DNA of 59,443 bases from Minisyncoccota bacterium (GTDB lineage: Bacteria; Patescibacteriota; Minisyncoccia; Phycocordibacterales; UBA9973): contig JBDSNU010000018.1 of the NCBI GenBank assembly GCA_039915165.1, positions 232,617-292,059 on the forward strand, given 5' to 3'. A model generated the notes under the pieces. That model did no database searches and was not told the DNA's origin. It saw only the letters and a program-made list of their open reading frames with translations. Shown here piece by piece: positions 8,663 to 17,800 of the stretch. How positions within the stretch are numbered: the stretch's first letter is position 1; each line of letters begins with the position of its first letter. The translations under genes and the position numbers were made by a program.

Positions 8663-9699
8663 TATTTGGACAACGAGTCTAATAGTATTTTTGCTTGATC
8701 AGTTGGATCGAGAGATGGAATACCATCTTTTGAAAGTACTATTGAGGTGAAGGCGGTGTTGGTGGGTGCGAAGCGTGTGGAGGATGTATCTGCAGCATTT
8801 GAGAAAATTGTAGTATAAATGCCACCGAGAGAAAGGTTGCCAGCGGGTGTAGCAAGTCTGCCTTTGCCGCCAACAAAGTTGCCCAGTGAATAGGCAATAG
8901 GCTTACCATTAAAAGTTTCTGTTTTGCGCAACACATGTGGACCGTCACCAAGTACGAGATCTGCGCCTGCATTGATCGCAGTATGTGCAACAGCTTGAAC
9001 ATTGCCACGGTTTTCTGTGCCCATATATTCAGTTGTTCCGGTTACTGCGGTTTTTGTAGCCCCTTCTGATCCGCCGTGAAAAATTACTACCACAATGTCA
9101 TTATCTTTTTTTAATGCAGCAACAGTCGATGCGATATAGGCATAGTCGTTAATTGTTTCAGTAGGTTCAGTACTTGAAAGTCCCATGATGCCAACACGAA
9201 CACCTTTGATGGTCATACTTGTAGTTGATTTATCTGGAGCAATATAAGCAATGCCAACACGGTCGAGCTCAGCTTCTGTATCTTTTAATCCGGCATCACC
9301 ATAATCATATGAATGGTTATTTATTAAACTAACGAAATCAAACCCAGCGGCTTTGAGTGTGTCAGCAAAAGAAGGCTCGCCTTGAAAGGCGTGACACATT
9401 GAACTGATGTACATACATTTTGATTTGCGGCCATAATGCGCAAATGTTCCTTCGAGGTTGCCCATCATGAAGTCTGGCTGTTCGAGTGCATCAGTAACGT
9501 TGTTGAGTACTGTTAAGTTATATCCAATATCACTAGAAGGCACCATGTCGCCAACCCAGCCAATACTAAGAGTCTTCGCAGGTGCAACAGTAGGAGATTC
9601 AACTTTGACGATCGGATCACTGCTAGGAATAACAGAAAAATGCCACACCGCTGCAGCGGCTACAAGGCATATAACTATGAGGAAAAACTTTCTTATCAT
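8662..9699 (-). CDS. CapA-family metallophosphatase (poly-gamma-glutamate synthesis protein-like)
   Basis: VGDMV, GNLEG, NNHSYDYG, VIFHGGSE, GDGPHVL and YSLGNF; N-terminal TM segment. Confidence 0.85.
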   Translation of the reverse strand: MIRKFFLIVICLVAAAAVWHFSVIPSSDPIVKVESPTVAPAKTLSIGWVGDMVPSSDIGYNLTVLNNVTDALEQPDFMMGNLEGTFAHYGRKSKCMYISSMCHAFQGEPSFADTLKAAGFDFVSLINNHSYDYGDAGLKDTEAELDRVGIAYIAPDKSTTSMTIKGVRVGIMGLSSTEPTETINDYAYIASTVAALKKDNDIVVVIFHGGSEGATKTAVTGTTEYMGTENRGNVQAVAHTAINAGADLVLGDGPHVLRKTETFNGKPIAYSLGNFVGGKGRLATPAGNLSLGGIYTTIFSNAADTSSTRFAPTNTAFTSIVLSKDGIPSLDPTDQAKILLDSLSK

Positions 9700-11645
9700 A
9701 ACAGTGCGTAATCAATCAATCGTTTGTTGAGATCTGTTGAGAGCACTTTCAAGCGCACTCGATCGCCAATACGAAACTCCTTTTTAGTACTTTTACCGAC
9801 AATGGTCAAGTTTTTGTCATCGTATTCGTAATAATCATTACCAATATCTCGAAGACGAACCATGCCTTCACAGCGAGTTTCTTTTTCTTCAACGAAGAGG
9901 CCATTCTTTGAAACACCAGTAACAATACCGTCAAATTTTTCACCAACATGGCTGGTCATGTATTCAACTTGCTTGTATTTGATACTTGCACGCTCTGCAT
10001 CGGCTGCTTCTTTTTCGCGCTGTGATGAATGTTGAGCGATCTCATCATAGTAGTGCCACATTTCTTTAGGAATAGTTTTGTGCTGCAAGTACTCGAAGAG
10101 TAGACGATGCACTACGAGGTCAGGATAACGACGAATAGGTGAAGTGAAGTGCGTGTAATATTTAAATGCTAAACCGTAGTGACCAATATTTTTTGTAGAA
10201 TAAATAGCTTTGGCCATTGAGCGAACGATTGCTGTTTGCACGGTTTCTTTTTCTGGTTTGCCATTCAGTGACTGTACGAGATCATTAAGTTCTTTTGAAG
10301 GAATAACACCATCGTCATTTACGGTGAGCTTATATCCGATGCGCTTCAAAAAGAGCTGTAGGTTTTCTACTCGTTCTGGATCTGGTGCATCATGAACACG
10401 GTAGACGAAAACTTCTTCAGCATGTTTGTCACCAGTTGCAATAAATTCTGCTACCTTGCGGTTAGCAAGCAACATCAATTCTTCAATCATGTGATGAGTT
10501 TCGCCGCGAACTTTTTTGTATACGCCGAGTGGATGACCATCAGTATCAAGTTTGAATTTCACTTCTTCTGTTTCTAGAGAAATAGCGCCTTCTTCGAAAC
10601 GTTTCTTTTCTAAGAATTTACCAACAGCAAGTGCCGCTTCAAGTTCTTTCAAATAAGGTCCTTCTTTTGTATCAAGTACTGCTTGTGCACTTTCATAGCT
10701 AAATCGCTGGTGAGAATAAATAACAGTCTTGCCGAACCATTGGTCAACGATTTGCATTTTTGGAGTAAAGGTAAATACAGCAGAGAAGGTAAGTCGATCT
10801 ACATTAGGATTTAAACTACAAAGATCATTTGAAAGCACTTCAGGCAACATCGGAATTGTACGGTCTACCAAATACACAGACGTTGCTCGTTCCGTTGCTT
10901 CTTTATCAATAGGATGACCATGTTGTACATAGTGCGATACATCAGCGATGTGAACACCGATTTCAGTATTGCCGTCCGCTAAAAAGTTTACAGAGATTGC
11001 ATCATCGAAGTCTTTTGCATCTTCAGGGTCAATAGTGAACGTAACAATCGGACGGAAGTCGCGGCGATTATTTTTTTCTTCCTCAGTAATACCATGGTCA
11101 CTGATCTCATGCGCTTCTTTGATAACTTCAGCAGGGTAGTCACTGCCAAATCCTTTTTCAAGTGCCAGTGAAAGCATTTCCGCATTGTTTTCAAGTGGCT
11201 TGCCGAGTACGTGAGTGATCTCACCTTTTGGTGCTGCCATGGGATCATTCCATTCATAAATACGACAAAATACTTTGTTACCAAGTACTGCGCCATTGAG
11301 TTTGTCCGCAGGAATGATGATAGCAGTGTACATACGGCCGTCATTAGAAGTGATAACATTGTTACCATTTTCAAATGTCAGCGTGCCACTGTACCCAACT
11401 TTTGATCGGCGAGTAACATCGAGAACTTTTCCTTCTGGATTGTTTTCACGAGAGCCAGGAGCAATCATTGCTGTGATCTCTACTTTTACAGTGTCACTAT
11501 GAAAAGCTTTGTTCAATGCTTCACGGGGAACTTCGACTGTAATGCCGAGGTCTCGTACTTTTACGAACCCTGTTCCTTTTGTTGAAATATTAATCTGTCC
11601 TTCGTACGTTGCGCCGACTTTCAATTCCGGTGAAGTTTGTTCCAT
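9696..11645 (-). CDS. rnr: Ribonuclease R
   Basis: FTIDPEDAKDFDDAIS, HIADVSHYV, SVYLVDRTIPMLP and YTHFTSPIRRYPDL; C-terminal S1 domain. Confidence 0.95.
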   Translation of the reverse strand: MEQTSPELKVGATYEGQINISTKGTGFVKVRDLGITVEVPREALNKAFHSDTVKVEITAMIAPGSRENNPEGKVLDVTRRSKVGYSGTLTFENGNNVITSNDGRMYTAIIIPADKLNGAVLGNKVFCRIYEWNDPMAAPKGEITHVLGKPLENNAEMLSLALEKGFGSDYPAEVIKEAHEISDHGITEEEKNNRRDFRPIVTFTIDPEDAKDFDDAISVNFLADGNTEIGVHIADVSHYVQHGHPIDKEATERATSVYLVDRTIPMLPEVLSNDLCSLNPNVDRLTFSAVFTFTPKMQIVDQWFGKTVIYSHQRFSYESAQAVLDTKEGPYLKELEAALAVGKFLEKKRFEEGAISLETEEVKFKLDTDGHPLGVYKKVRGETHHMIEELMLLANRKVAEFIATGDKHAEEVFVYRVHDAPDPERVENLQLFLKRIGYKLTVNDDGVIPSKELNDLVQSLNGKPEKETVQTAIVRSMAKAIYSTKNIGHYGLAFKYYTHFTSPIRRYPDLVVHRLLFEYLQHKTIPKEMWHYYDEIAQHSSQREKEAADAERASIKYKQVEYMTSHVGEKFDGIVTGVSKNGLFVEEKETRCEGMVRLRDIGNDYYEYDDKNLTIVGKSTKKEFRIGDRVRLKVLSTDLNKRLIDYALL

Positions 11646-11747
11646 ATAGGGAATACTGTAGCATGATTCATATAAAAGAACGAAGGAAAACCTTTGACAT
11701 TTGGTAGTTTTGCCGTATAGTTTTTACAAAAATAATTTAATAAGGAA

Positions 11748-12050
11748 ATGAAAAAAACTATTCCAGTAACCGCGTCTCTTTTTATCGCAAAAAAGAAATT
11801 CGATGGTATTGCCAACTTGTTTGGTATACCTCTGTTTGGAAATGTGTTCGTGGTAGCAGGTACTACCTTTATCTGTAACAGCTTTCTTCCTGGATCTGAT
11901 GGAAGTATTACAGGAGAAATGATGCATGTCATGACAATAGTAGAAAGGGAAACTGCTGAAAAACGATTGATCTCGGCTGGCTTTTCTATCCCTATCGTTA
12001 CGCACATCACAAGAAAAGACCTACCTGAAGCACTGCAATGTGTATTTTAG
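11748..12050 (+). CDS. Hypothetical protein (100 aa)
   Basis: Upstream TTGACA (11694-11699)-N16-TATAGT and a downstream hairpin aaaacgtca...tgacgtttt. I recognise no motif. Confidence 0.5.
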   Translation: MKKTIPVTASLFIAKKKFDGIANLFGIPLFGNVFVVAGTTFICNSFLPGSDGSITGEMMHVMTIVERETAEKRLISAGFSIPIVTHITRKDLPEALQCVF

Positions 12051-12121
12051 TTACATTAAAACGTCATTGGCCCACTACGGTCGTTGACGTTTTTTCTTTT
12101 GTCTGCTACGATATGCCCTAC

Positions 12122-12427
12122 ATGTTAAAGATTCGATTACAGCGCATTGGGCGCAAAAATGAAGCAGCATTCCGACTAGTAGTAACGGATTCTAAAAACG
12201 GCCCTCAAAGTGGTAAGTTCTTGGAAATTCTTGGTTCATACACACTCAAAAATGATGCTGTAACTCTCAAGAAAGAACGTATTACTCACTGGATTGCAAA
12301 TGGTGCTCAGGTTTCTGACACTGCTTACAATATGCTCGTGAAGCAAGGACTAGTAGAAGGACGTGCAAAAAACGTACTTTCACGCAAGTCTCCAACAGTA
12401 GCTCGTAAGGAATTGAAGAAGAAATAA
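12122..12427 (+). CDS. rpsP: 30S ribosomal protein S16
   Basis: MLKIRLQRIGRKN..FRLVV..GKFLEILGSY..GAQVSDT. Start reassigned to ATG 12122. Confidence 0.95.
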   Translation: MLKIRLQRIGRKNEAAFRLVVTDSKNGPQSGKFLEILGSYTLKNDAVTLKKERITHWIANGAQVSDTAYNMLVKQGLVEGRAKNVLSRKSPTVARKELKKK

Positions 12428-12428
12428 T

Positions 12429-12460
12429 CCCCACTTCGCCTAAGGGCTTCGCGGGACAAG
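12429..12460 (+). repeat. REP-like palindrome (family C), intergenic
   Basis: ccccacttcgcctaagggcttcgcgggacaag; close match to 41087-41119 inside uvrB. Confidence 0.65.
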
Positions 12461-12571
12461 CCTCTATAAAAAACCAACAGTTGATGTTGGTTTTTTTATT
12501 TAGAAAATCTTTATGTTATTATCTATATAGGTGCCACTCGGTACTGATTAGCAGCTAATCTCTATACCTTT

Positions 12572-12877
12572 ATGTCTGACAAAGAATTTCTTGAAATGCT
12601 TATAAAAGCTCTTGTTGATAACCCAGACGATGTCGTTATCGTTCGTACCGTTGATGAAATGGGTGTACTTTTGACACTTTCTATTAACCAATCCGATATG
12701 GGTAAGATCATTGGCCGCGCAGGTAACACTGCCAAGGCCATCCGAACATTGCTCCGTGTCGTTGGTATGAAAAATAATGCCCGCGTGAACCTCAAAATCA
12801 ACGAACCGGCCGGTTATGAACGCCAGCCTGACGTTGCCAATCTAGACGACGCAATGGCCGACCTCAAAGACCTGTAA
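12572..12877 (+). CDS. khpA: KH-domain RNA-binding protein (KhpA/YlqC)
   Basis: FLEMLIKALVDNPDDV, DMGKIIGRAGNTAKAIRTLL; canonical position between rpsP and trmD. Confidence 0.9.
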   Translation: MSDKEFLEMLIKALVDNPDDVVIVRTVDEMGVLLTLSINQSDMGKIIGRAGNTAKAIRTLLRVVGMKNNARVNLKINEPAGYERQPDVANLDDAMADLKDL

Positions 12878-12883
12878 TATATA

Positions 12884-12921
12884 CATACAAAAACCCCTTA
12901 GAAATAAGGGGTTTTTGTATG
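12884..12921. terminator. Intrinsic terminator after khpA
   Basis: 17-bp perfect stem catacaaaaacccctta-gaaa-taaggggtttttgtatg. Confidence 0.8.
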
Positions 12922-13003
12922 CAGCCGAGGGTCAGGTACTATTGACTATTAATACAAAATGTGCTATTATTATAGCAGAAATTAACCCTTTAAAAACATA
13001 TAT

Positions 13004-13183
13004 ATGTCAATAATTTACGCATTATTTAACCTTTGTTTGGGCGCAATTATTTTTATTCTTTTTTATGAAGATAAAAATCGTATCGCTCTTGCTGTTGATA
13101 AAACACAGTTTAGAAATAACTTTCTACATGCTGTGAAGAACAGTACACCAACTCAGGCAACATATCGTAAAAGAAACAGATAG
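13004..13183 (+). CDS. Orphan 59-aa membrane protein MSIIYALFNLCLGAIIFILFYEDKNRIALAV...RKRNR
   Basis: Own promoter TTGACT (12942-12947)-N17-TATTAT, N-terminal TM segment, and a hairpin terminator at ~13200-13230. Confidence 0.55.
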   Translation: MSIIYALFNLCLGAIIFILFYEDKNRIALAVDKTQFRNNFLHAVKNSTPTQATYRKRNR

Positions 13184-13263
13184 GTTGTAAAAATACATGT
13201 ACCCACTTTATTTATAAGGTGGGTATTTTTGACTTTACATCAATTCCTTGTAGTATTGATCTT

Positions 13264-14004
13264 ATGAAATTTCACTTTCTGACAATTTTCCCTGAGATGA
13301 TCGAAAGCTATCTTGGTGAAGCAATGTTGAAGCGAGCAGCTGAAAAGAAGCTCGTGGCATTTGATGTGAAAAATATTCGTGACTATACATTGGATAAACA
13401 TAAGAAAGTTGACGAACGTCCTTATGGCGGTGGTCCCGGCATGGTGATGACACCTGAACCAATTTTGCGCGCCTTCAGTGCACTAAAGATGAAAGGTGCC
13501 GCCTCCGCTAAAGCTTCGGCGCGCCAAGGAAAAACTAAAGTAGTAATGCTGTCGCCAACAGGTGCGATGTTCACTAACACTATGGCTGCCAAATGGGCCA
13601 AGTCATACACAGATGTTGTATTTATTTGTGGACGGTATGAAGGAGTAGATGATCGTGTACGCAAAATCTTGAAAGCTGAAGAAGTATCTATTGGTGACTT
13701 TGTGCTAACAGGTGGGGAATTACCAGCATTAGTAATGACTGATGCAATTTGCCGTCAGATCCCGGGAGTATTAGGTACTCACGAGTCTGTTGAAGAAATG
13801 CGCACTGCTAGTCCTCGCGTATTTACTCGTCCAGAGATTTTGGAATGGCCCATCGCCGCGCCGAAGCGATTAGCAAAAGAGGGAAAAGCTTCCTTATCTA
13901 AAACCAAACCGGCTACCAGAGGCAAGAAGCACCTAGTTCCACCCGTACTTATCTCAGGAGACCATAAAAAGATCGAAGCATGGCGCAAAGCGCAGGTCAA
14001 ATAG
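13264..14004 (+). CDS. trmD: tRNA (guanine-N1)-methyltransferase TrmD
   Basis: MKFHFLTIFPEM, VDERPYGGGPGMV, ICGRYEGVDDRV, SIGDFVLTGGELPA. Contains two REP-derived in-frame inserts. Confidence 0.95.
   Translation: MKFHFLTIFPEMIESYLGEAMLKRAAEKKLVAFDVKNIRDYTLDKHKKVDERPYGGGPGMVMTPEPILRAFSALKMKGAASAKASARQGKTKVVMLSPTGAMFTNTMAAKWAKSYTDVVFICGRYEGVDDRVRKILKAEEVSIGDFVLTGGELPALVMTDAICRQIPGVLGTHESVEEMRTASPRVFTRPEILEWPIAAPKRLAKEGKASLSKTKPATRGKKHLVPPVLISGDHKKIEAWRKAQVK
13502..13528 (+). repeat. REP-like family B, in frame in trmD (SAKASARQ)
   Basis: cctccgctaaagcttcggcgcgccaag; 26 nt identical to 52566-52591. Confidence 0.8.
13854..13882 (-). repeat. REP-like family B, reverse copy in frame in trmD (AAPKRLAKE)
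   Basis: Reverse complement cctcttttgctaatcgcttcggcgcggcg. Confidence 0.55.
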
Positions 14005-14033
14005 TTGCATTTCATTACTATTTTTAATAATAT
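14005..14033 (+). promoter_or_regulatory. sigma70-type promoter of sRNA2
   Basis: TTGCAT (14005-14010)-N17-TAATAT (14028-14033), immediately after the trmD stop. Confidence 0.55.
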
Positions 14034-14039
14034 ATTCAT

Positions 14040-14120
14040 ATAGCTTGACGACAGAAACGGCTTGCTGCGGACGTCAGTAATGACGGGCTCATGAGCGCAC
14101 CGCCAACGCTCCTGGCTATA
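14040..14120 (+). ncRNA. Putative ~81-nt structured small RNA (sRNA2), family unknown
   Basis: GC-rich island in an AT-rich spacer. The predicted start coincides with the closing stem (U)AUAGC/GCUAUA. It contains CGUCA-GUAA-UGACG and GAGCG/CGCUC stems, and a terminator follows. Confidence 0.65.
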
Positions 14121-14123
14121 AGT

Positions 14124-14150
14124 AAAAAACCACCTTTTGGTGGTTTTTTA
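14124..14150. terminator. Bidirectional terminator shared by sRNA2 and the 14151-14576 gene
   Basis: aaaaaaccacc-tttt-ggtggtttttt; the stop codon of the convergent gene begins at 14151. Confidence 0.8.
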
Positions 14151-14576
14151 CTATCTTCTAATGTGAATAGATATTATTTCCATACTACTTTCTATTTTTT
14201 CCAGCAGTATTCTTAATTCACCTTTAGTAAGATGTGGATGTTTCTTTGAATAAAAATGTTTAAAATATGGCTCAAATTGGTAAAAATCAAAATTAACAAC
14301 ACTGTCATATAAGTGATTGATAATGAAATAAATAACATTTAATGAATGAAGATTATTATTTTTTGAAAGCCCCGCCTTTCTCCTCTCGACGAAATGTTTA
14401 AGGGCTTTTCGTGAAATATACACTGGTAGACCATTGTGTGGATGGTCTACTTTATTAATAATAAAAAACAGTAATAATTCTGGAGGCTTTTCTATGGGTT
14501 CACTTTCTCCCATATTGAAATATTTGCGTACTAATTTTTTTATCATGCGCAAACTATCCCGTGACCCGTGTTTCAT
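14151..14576 (-). CDS. Hypothetical protein, putative BECR/RelE-like RNase fold
   Basis: 141 aa, AT-rich. Pattern VYISRKALKHFVERR...FYSKK...LRILLE...EIISIH. TACACT lies 6 nt before the ATG. Confidence 0.6.
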   Translation of the reverse strand: MKHGSRDSLRMIKKLVRKYFNMGESEPIEKPPELLLFFIINKVDHPHNGLPVYISRKALKHFVERRKAGLSKNNNLHSLNVIYFIINHLYDSVVNFDFYQFEPYFKHFYSKKHPHLTKGELRILLEKIESSMEIISIHIRR

Positions 14577-14784
14577 TGCCGAAGTGTATTCTTTTCAGAC
14601 TCAAGAAAAAACAAAGATTTTATCTATAGGCTAATGACTATAAGGATATAATTGACAAATCTTTATATTTTGTTTATATTATAACTCTTACAGATTGTGG
14701 AAGGGTTACGGCAGAAAAACCTGTAAATTACGAGAGATTTTATAGTTAACGCCATCAGAGAAATCTGAGGCTATTTTTGGTTCT

Positions 14785-14809
14785 GCCGCCGAAGCCTTCG
14801 GCGAAGGAG
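14785..14809 (-). repeat. REP-like family B in the rpoB leader
   Basis: gccgccgaagccttcggcgaaggag. Confidence 0.55.
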
Positions 14810-14821
14810 CACGTTTAAATT

Positions 14822-17800
14822 ATGAGTAAAGCAATTCCTTTGGGCGCACAGCGTCCGAAAAAGTACTTTTCGAAATATAAGAAACCTCTTGTTGAGTTTC
14901 CAAACCTTATTCAGCACCAGCTTGATTCATTCAACTGGCTTGTAGAAAAAGGCTTGAAAGAAACTTTCAAGGAGTTCACTCCTATTAATGACTACTCTGG
15001 CAAGAAATTCCAATTGGATTTCGTGTCATTTCACCTTGTAGAACCGAAGTTCGACGAACATCACTGCAAAGAAAACAAACTCTCTCTCGAAACACAAATC
15101 AAAGCTCGCGTTAAATTGACCAACAAACAAACTGGTTCTGAAAAGGAGCAGGAAATTTTCATGGCTGATTTACCAGTAATGACTCCACATGGAACATTCA
15201 TCATCAATGGTGTTGAACGTTCAATCATTCCACAGCTCTCTCGTTCAAGTGGTGTATTTTTCACTGAACTCGAAGTGAAAGGCAAGCGTTTCTTTGGCGC
15301 TAAAATCATTCCAAACCGAGGTGTATGGATTGAAATCGAATCTGATCCAGACGGTACTGTGTACGTACGTATCGACAAGAAGCGCAAATTCCCAGTTGTG
15401 TCTCTTTTGCGTGCTCTTGGTTTGACTACAGACGAAGACATCAAAAAACACTTCACAAACGAAACAGCTCAAAAAGTAATTCTTCACTCACTTGAAAAGG
15501 ATGTAGCAAAAACTCCTGGCGAAGCGTTTGTAGAAATCTATCGTAAGCTCCGTGATGGTGACTTGGCTACTGCTGATAACGCTCGTGACTTCGTAAACAA
15601 TCTTTTCTCAGAAGAACGCTATGACCTCTCATCAGTTGGACGTTTCCGTTTCAACAAGCGTTTTGAACTTGATATGGGTGACGCAGAAATGGAACGCAAG
15701 ACATTGTCTGCTGCTGACTTGGCATTGATCGTGAATAACATCATTGCTTTGAACAATACTCCTGGCTCACACGCTGACGATATTGATAACCTTAGTTCAC
15801 GTCGCGTACGTTTCGTAGGTGAAATGCTTCAGCAGAAAATCTACGTTGGTCTTACACAGATCAAGCGTAACGTTCAGGACCGTATGTCTACTATTGATGC
15901 AACAAATGCATTGCCTATTCAGGTGGTAAACCAGCGTCCTCTACAGGCTCGTATTAAAGAATTTTTTACAACAAACCAGCTCTCACAGTTCATGCAACAA
16001 GAAAACGTTTTGTCTGAACTTGAAGAACTACGTACGTTGTCTGCGCTTGGTCCCGGCGGTTTGACTCGTGAACGCGCTACTCTTGAAGTACGTGATGTGC
16101 ACCCATCTCACTACGGTCGCGTATGTCCTATTCAAACTCCTGAAGGTCCAAACATTGGTCTTATCTTGCGTTTGTCTATCTATGCTCGCGTAAACGCATT
16201 CGGTGTTATTGAAACTCCTTATGTAAAAGTTAAAAACGGTAAGATCACTGGCGAAGTTGAATACTTGAACGCAGCTGAAGAAGAAAAAGTTGTTATTGCT
16301 CACGGCAGTAATAAGTACGATGAAAAAGGCAATCTTCCAGAAAATGTTGAAGCTCGTATTCGCACAAACCCAGGTATCGTAAAGAAAGATGAAGTGAACT
16401 ATATCGACGTTGCTCCTAACCAGGCATTCTCTGTTGGTACATCTATGATTCCTTTCGTTGAACACAACGATGCAAACCGTGCATTGATGGGAAGTAACAT
16501 GCAACGACAGGCTGTACCATTGATCCGCCCAGAAGCACCATTGGTTGCGACAGGTGTAGAACAAGATGCAGCACCATACTCAGGCCGTTTGATTATGGCT
16601 GAAGAAGATGGAGAAATCACTTATGTCGATGCTTCTAAGATCACTGTTCGCAGTGAAAAAGGAAAGGATAAGACTCATACTCTTACTTCATTCCAGCGTA
16701 ACAACAACTTCAACGCATTCCACCAGCGTCCAGTAGTAACCATGGGGCAAAAAGTTAAGAAGGGAGATCTTCTTGCTGATACTTCAACTACAGACCATGG
16801 TCAGATCGCTCTTGGTCAGAACATGATGGTTGCATTCATGAGTTGGAACGGTGCAAACTTCGAAGATGCGATTATCCTTTCAGAACGTTTGATCAAAGAT
16901 TCAAAGTTCACCTCAATCTATATTGCTGAATTTACTTCAGTAGTGCGTGATACAAAACTCGGACCAGAGGTAACTACACGTGACATTCCAAACGTTGGTG
17001 AGGCTCGTCTGAAAGATCTTGATGAAGACGGTATTATCCGTGTTGGTGCAGAAGTAAAAGAAGGGGACATTCTCGTTGGTAAAATTACTCCAAAGGGCGA
17101 AACTGAACTTACCCCTGAAGAACGCCTACTCCGAAGTATCTTCGCTGAAAAGGCTCGCGATGTGAAAGACACATCATTGAAAATGGATCACGGCAAGCGC
17201 GGACGTATTATTCGTGTGAAAGTATTCTCACGCGACCAAGGTCATACACTTGAATCAGGTGTGATCAAGAAGATCGTTATTGAAGTTGCACAGCTCCGTA
17301 ATATTTCAGTGGGTGACAAGCTCGCTGGTCGTCACGGTAACAAGGGTGTTATTTCAGTAGTGCTTCCAGAAGAAGACATGCCTTACATGGCAGACGGTCG
17401 TCCTGTTGACGTTGTGCTTACACCGCTCGGTGTGCCATCACGTATGAACCTCGGACAGATTCTTGAACTTCACTTGGGTATGGCGGCAAACGAACTTGGC
17501 TATCAAGCCATCGTGCCTCCATTCGCAGGTGCAACAGATAGTGAAATCAAAGAAGAGCTTGTAAAAGCTGGTCTTCCTGAAAATGGACGTGTACCACTCT
17601 TTGATGGACGAACTGGAGATAAATATGAACAGGACATTGCTGTGGGATACATGTATATCTTGAAACTTCACCACATGGTAGAAGACAAGATCCACATGCG
17701 ATCAATCGGGCCATACTCTTTGATCACTCAACAACCACTCGGAGGTAAGGCGCAAGGTGGAGGTCAGCGTTTCGGAGAAATGGAAGTGTGGGCATTGGAA

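Noticed and set aside
14047-14064. ACGACAGAAACGGCTT resembles the 3' conserved region of RNase P RNA
   Set aside because: No matching 5' P4 strand was seen nearby and the unit is only about 81 nt. I treat it as chance similarity pending a covariance-model search.
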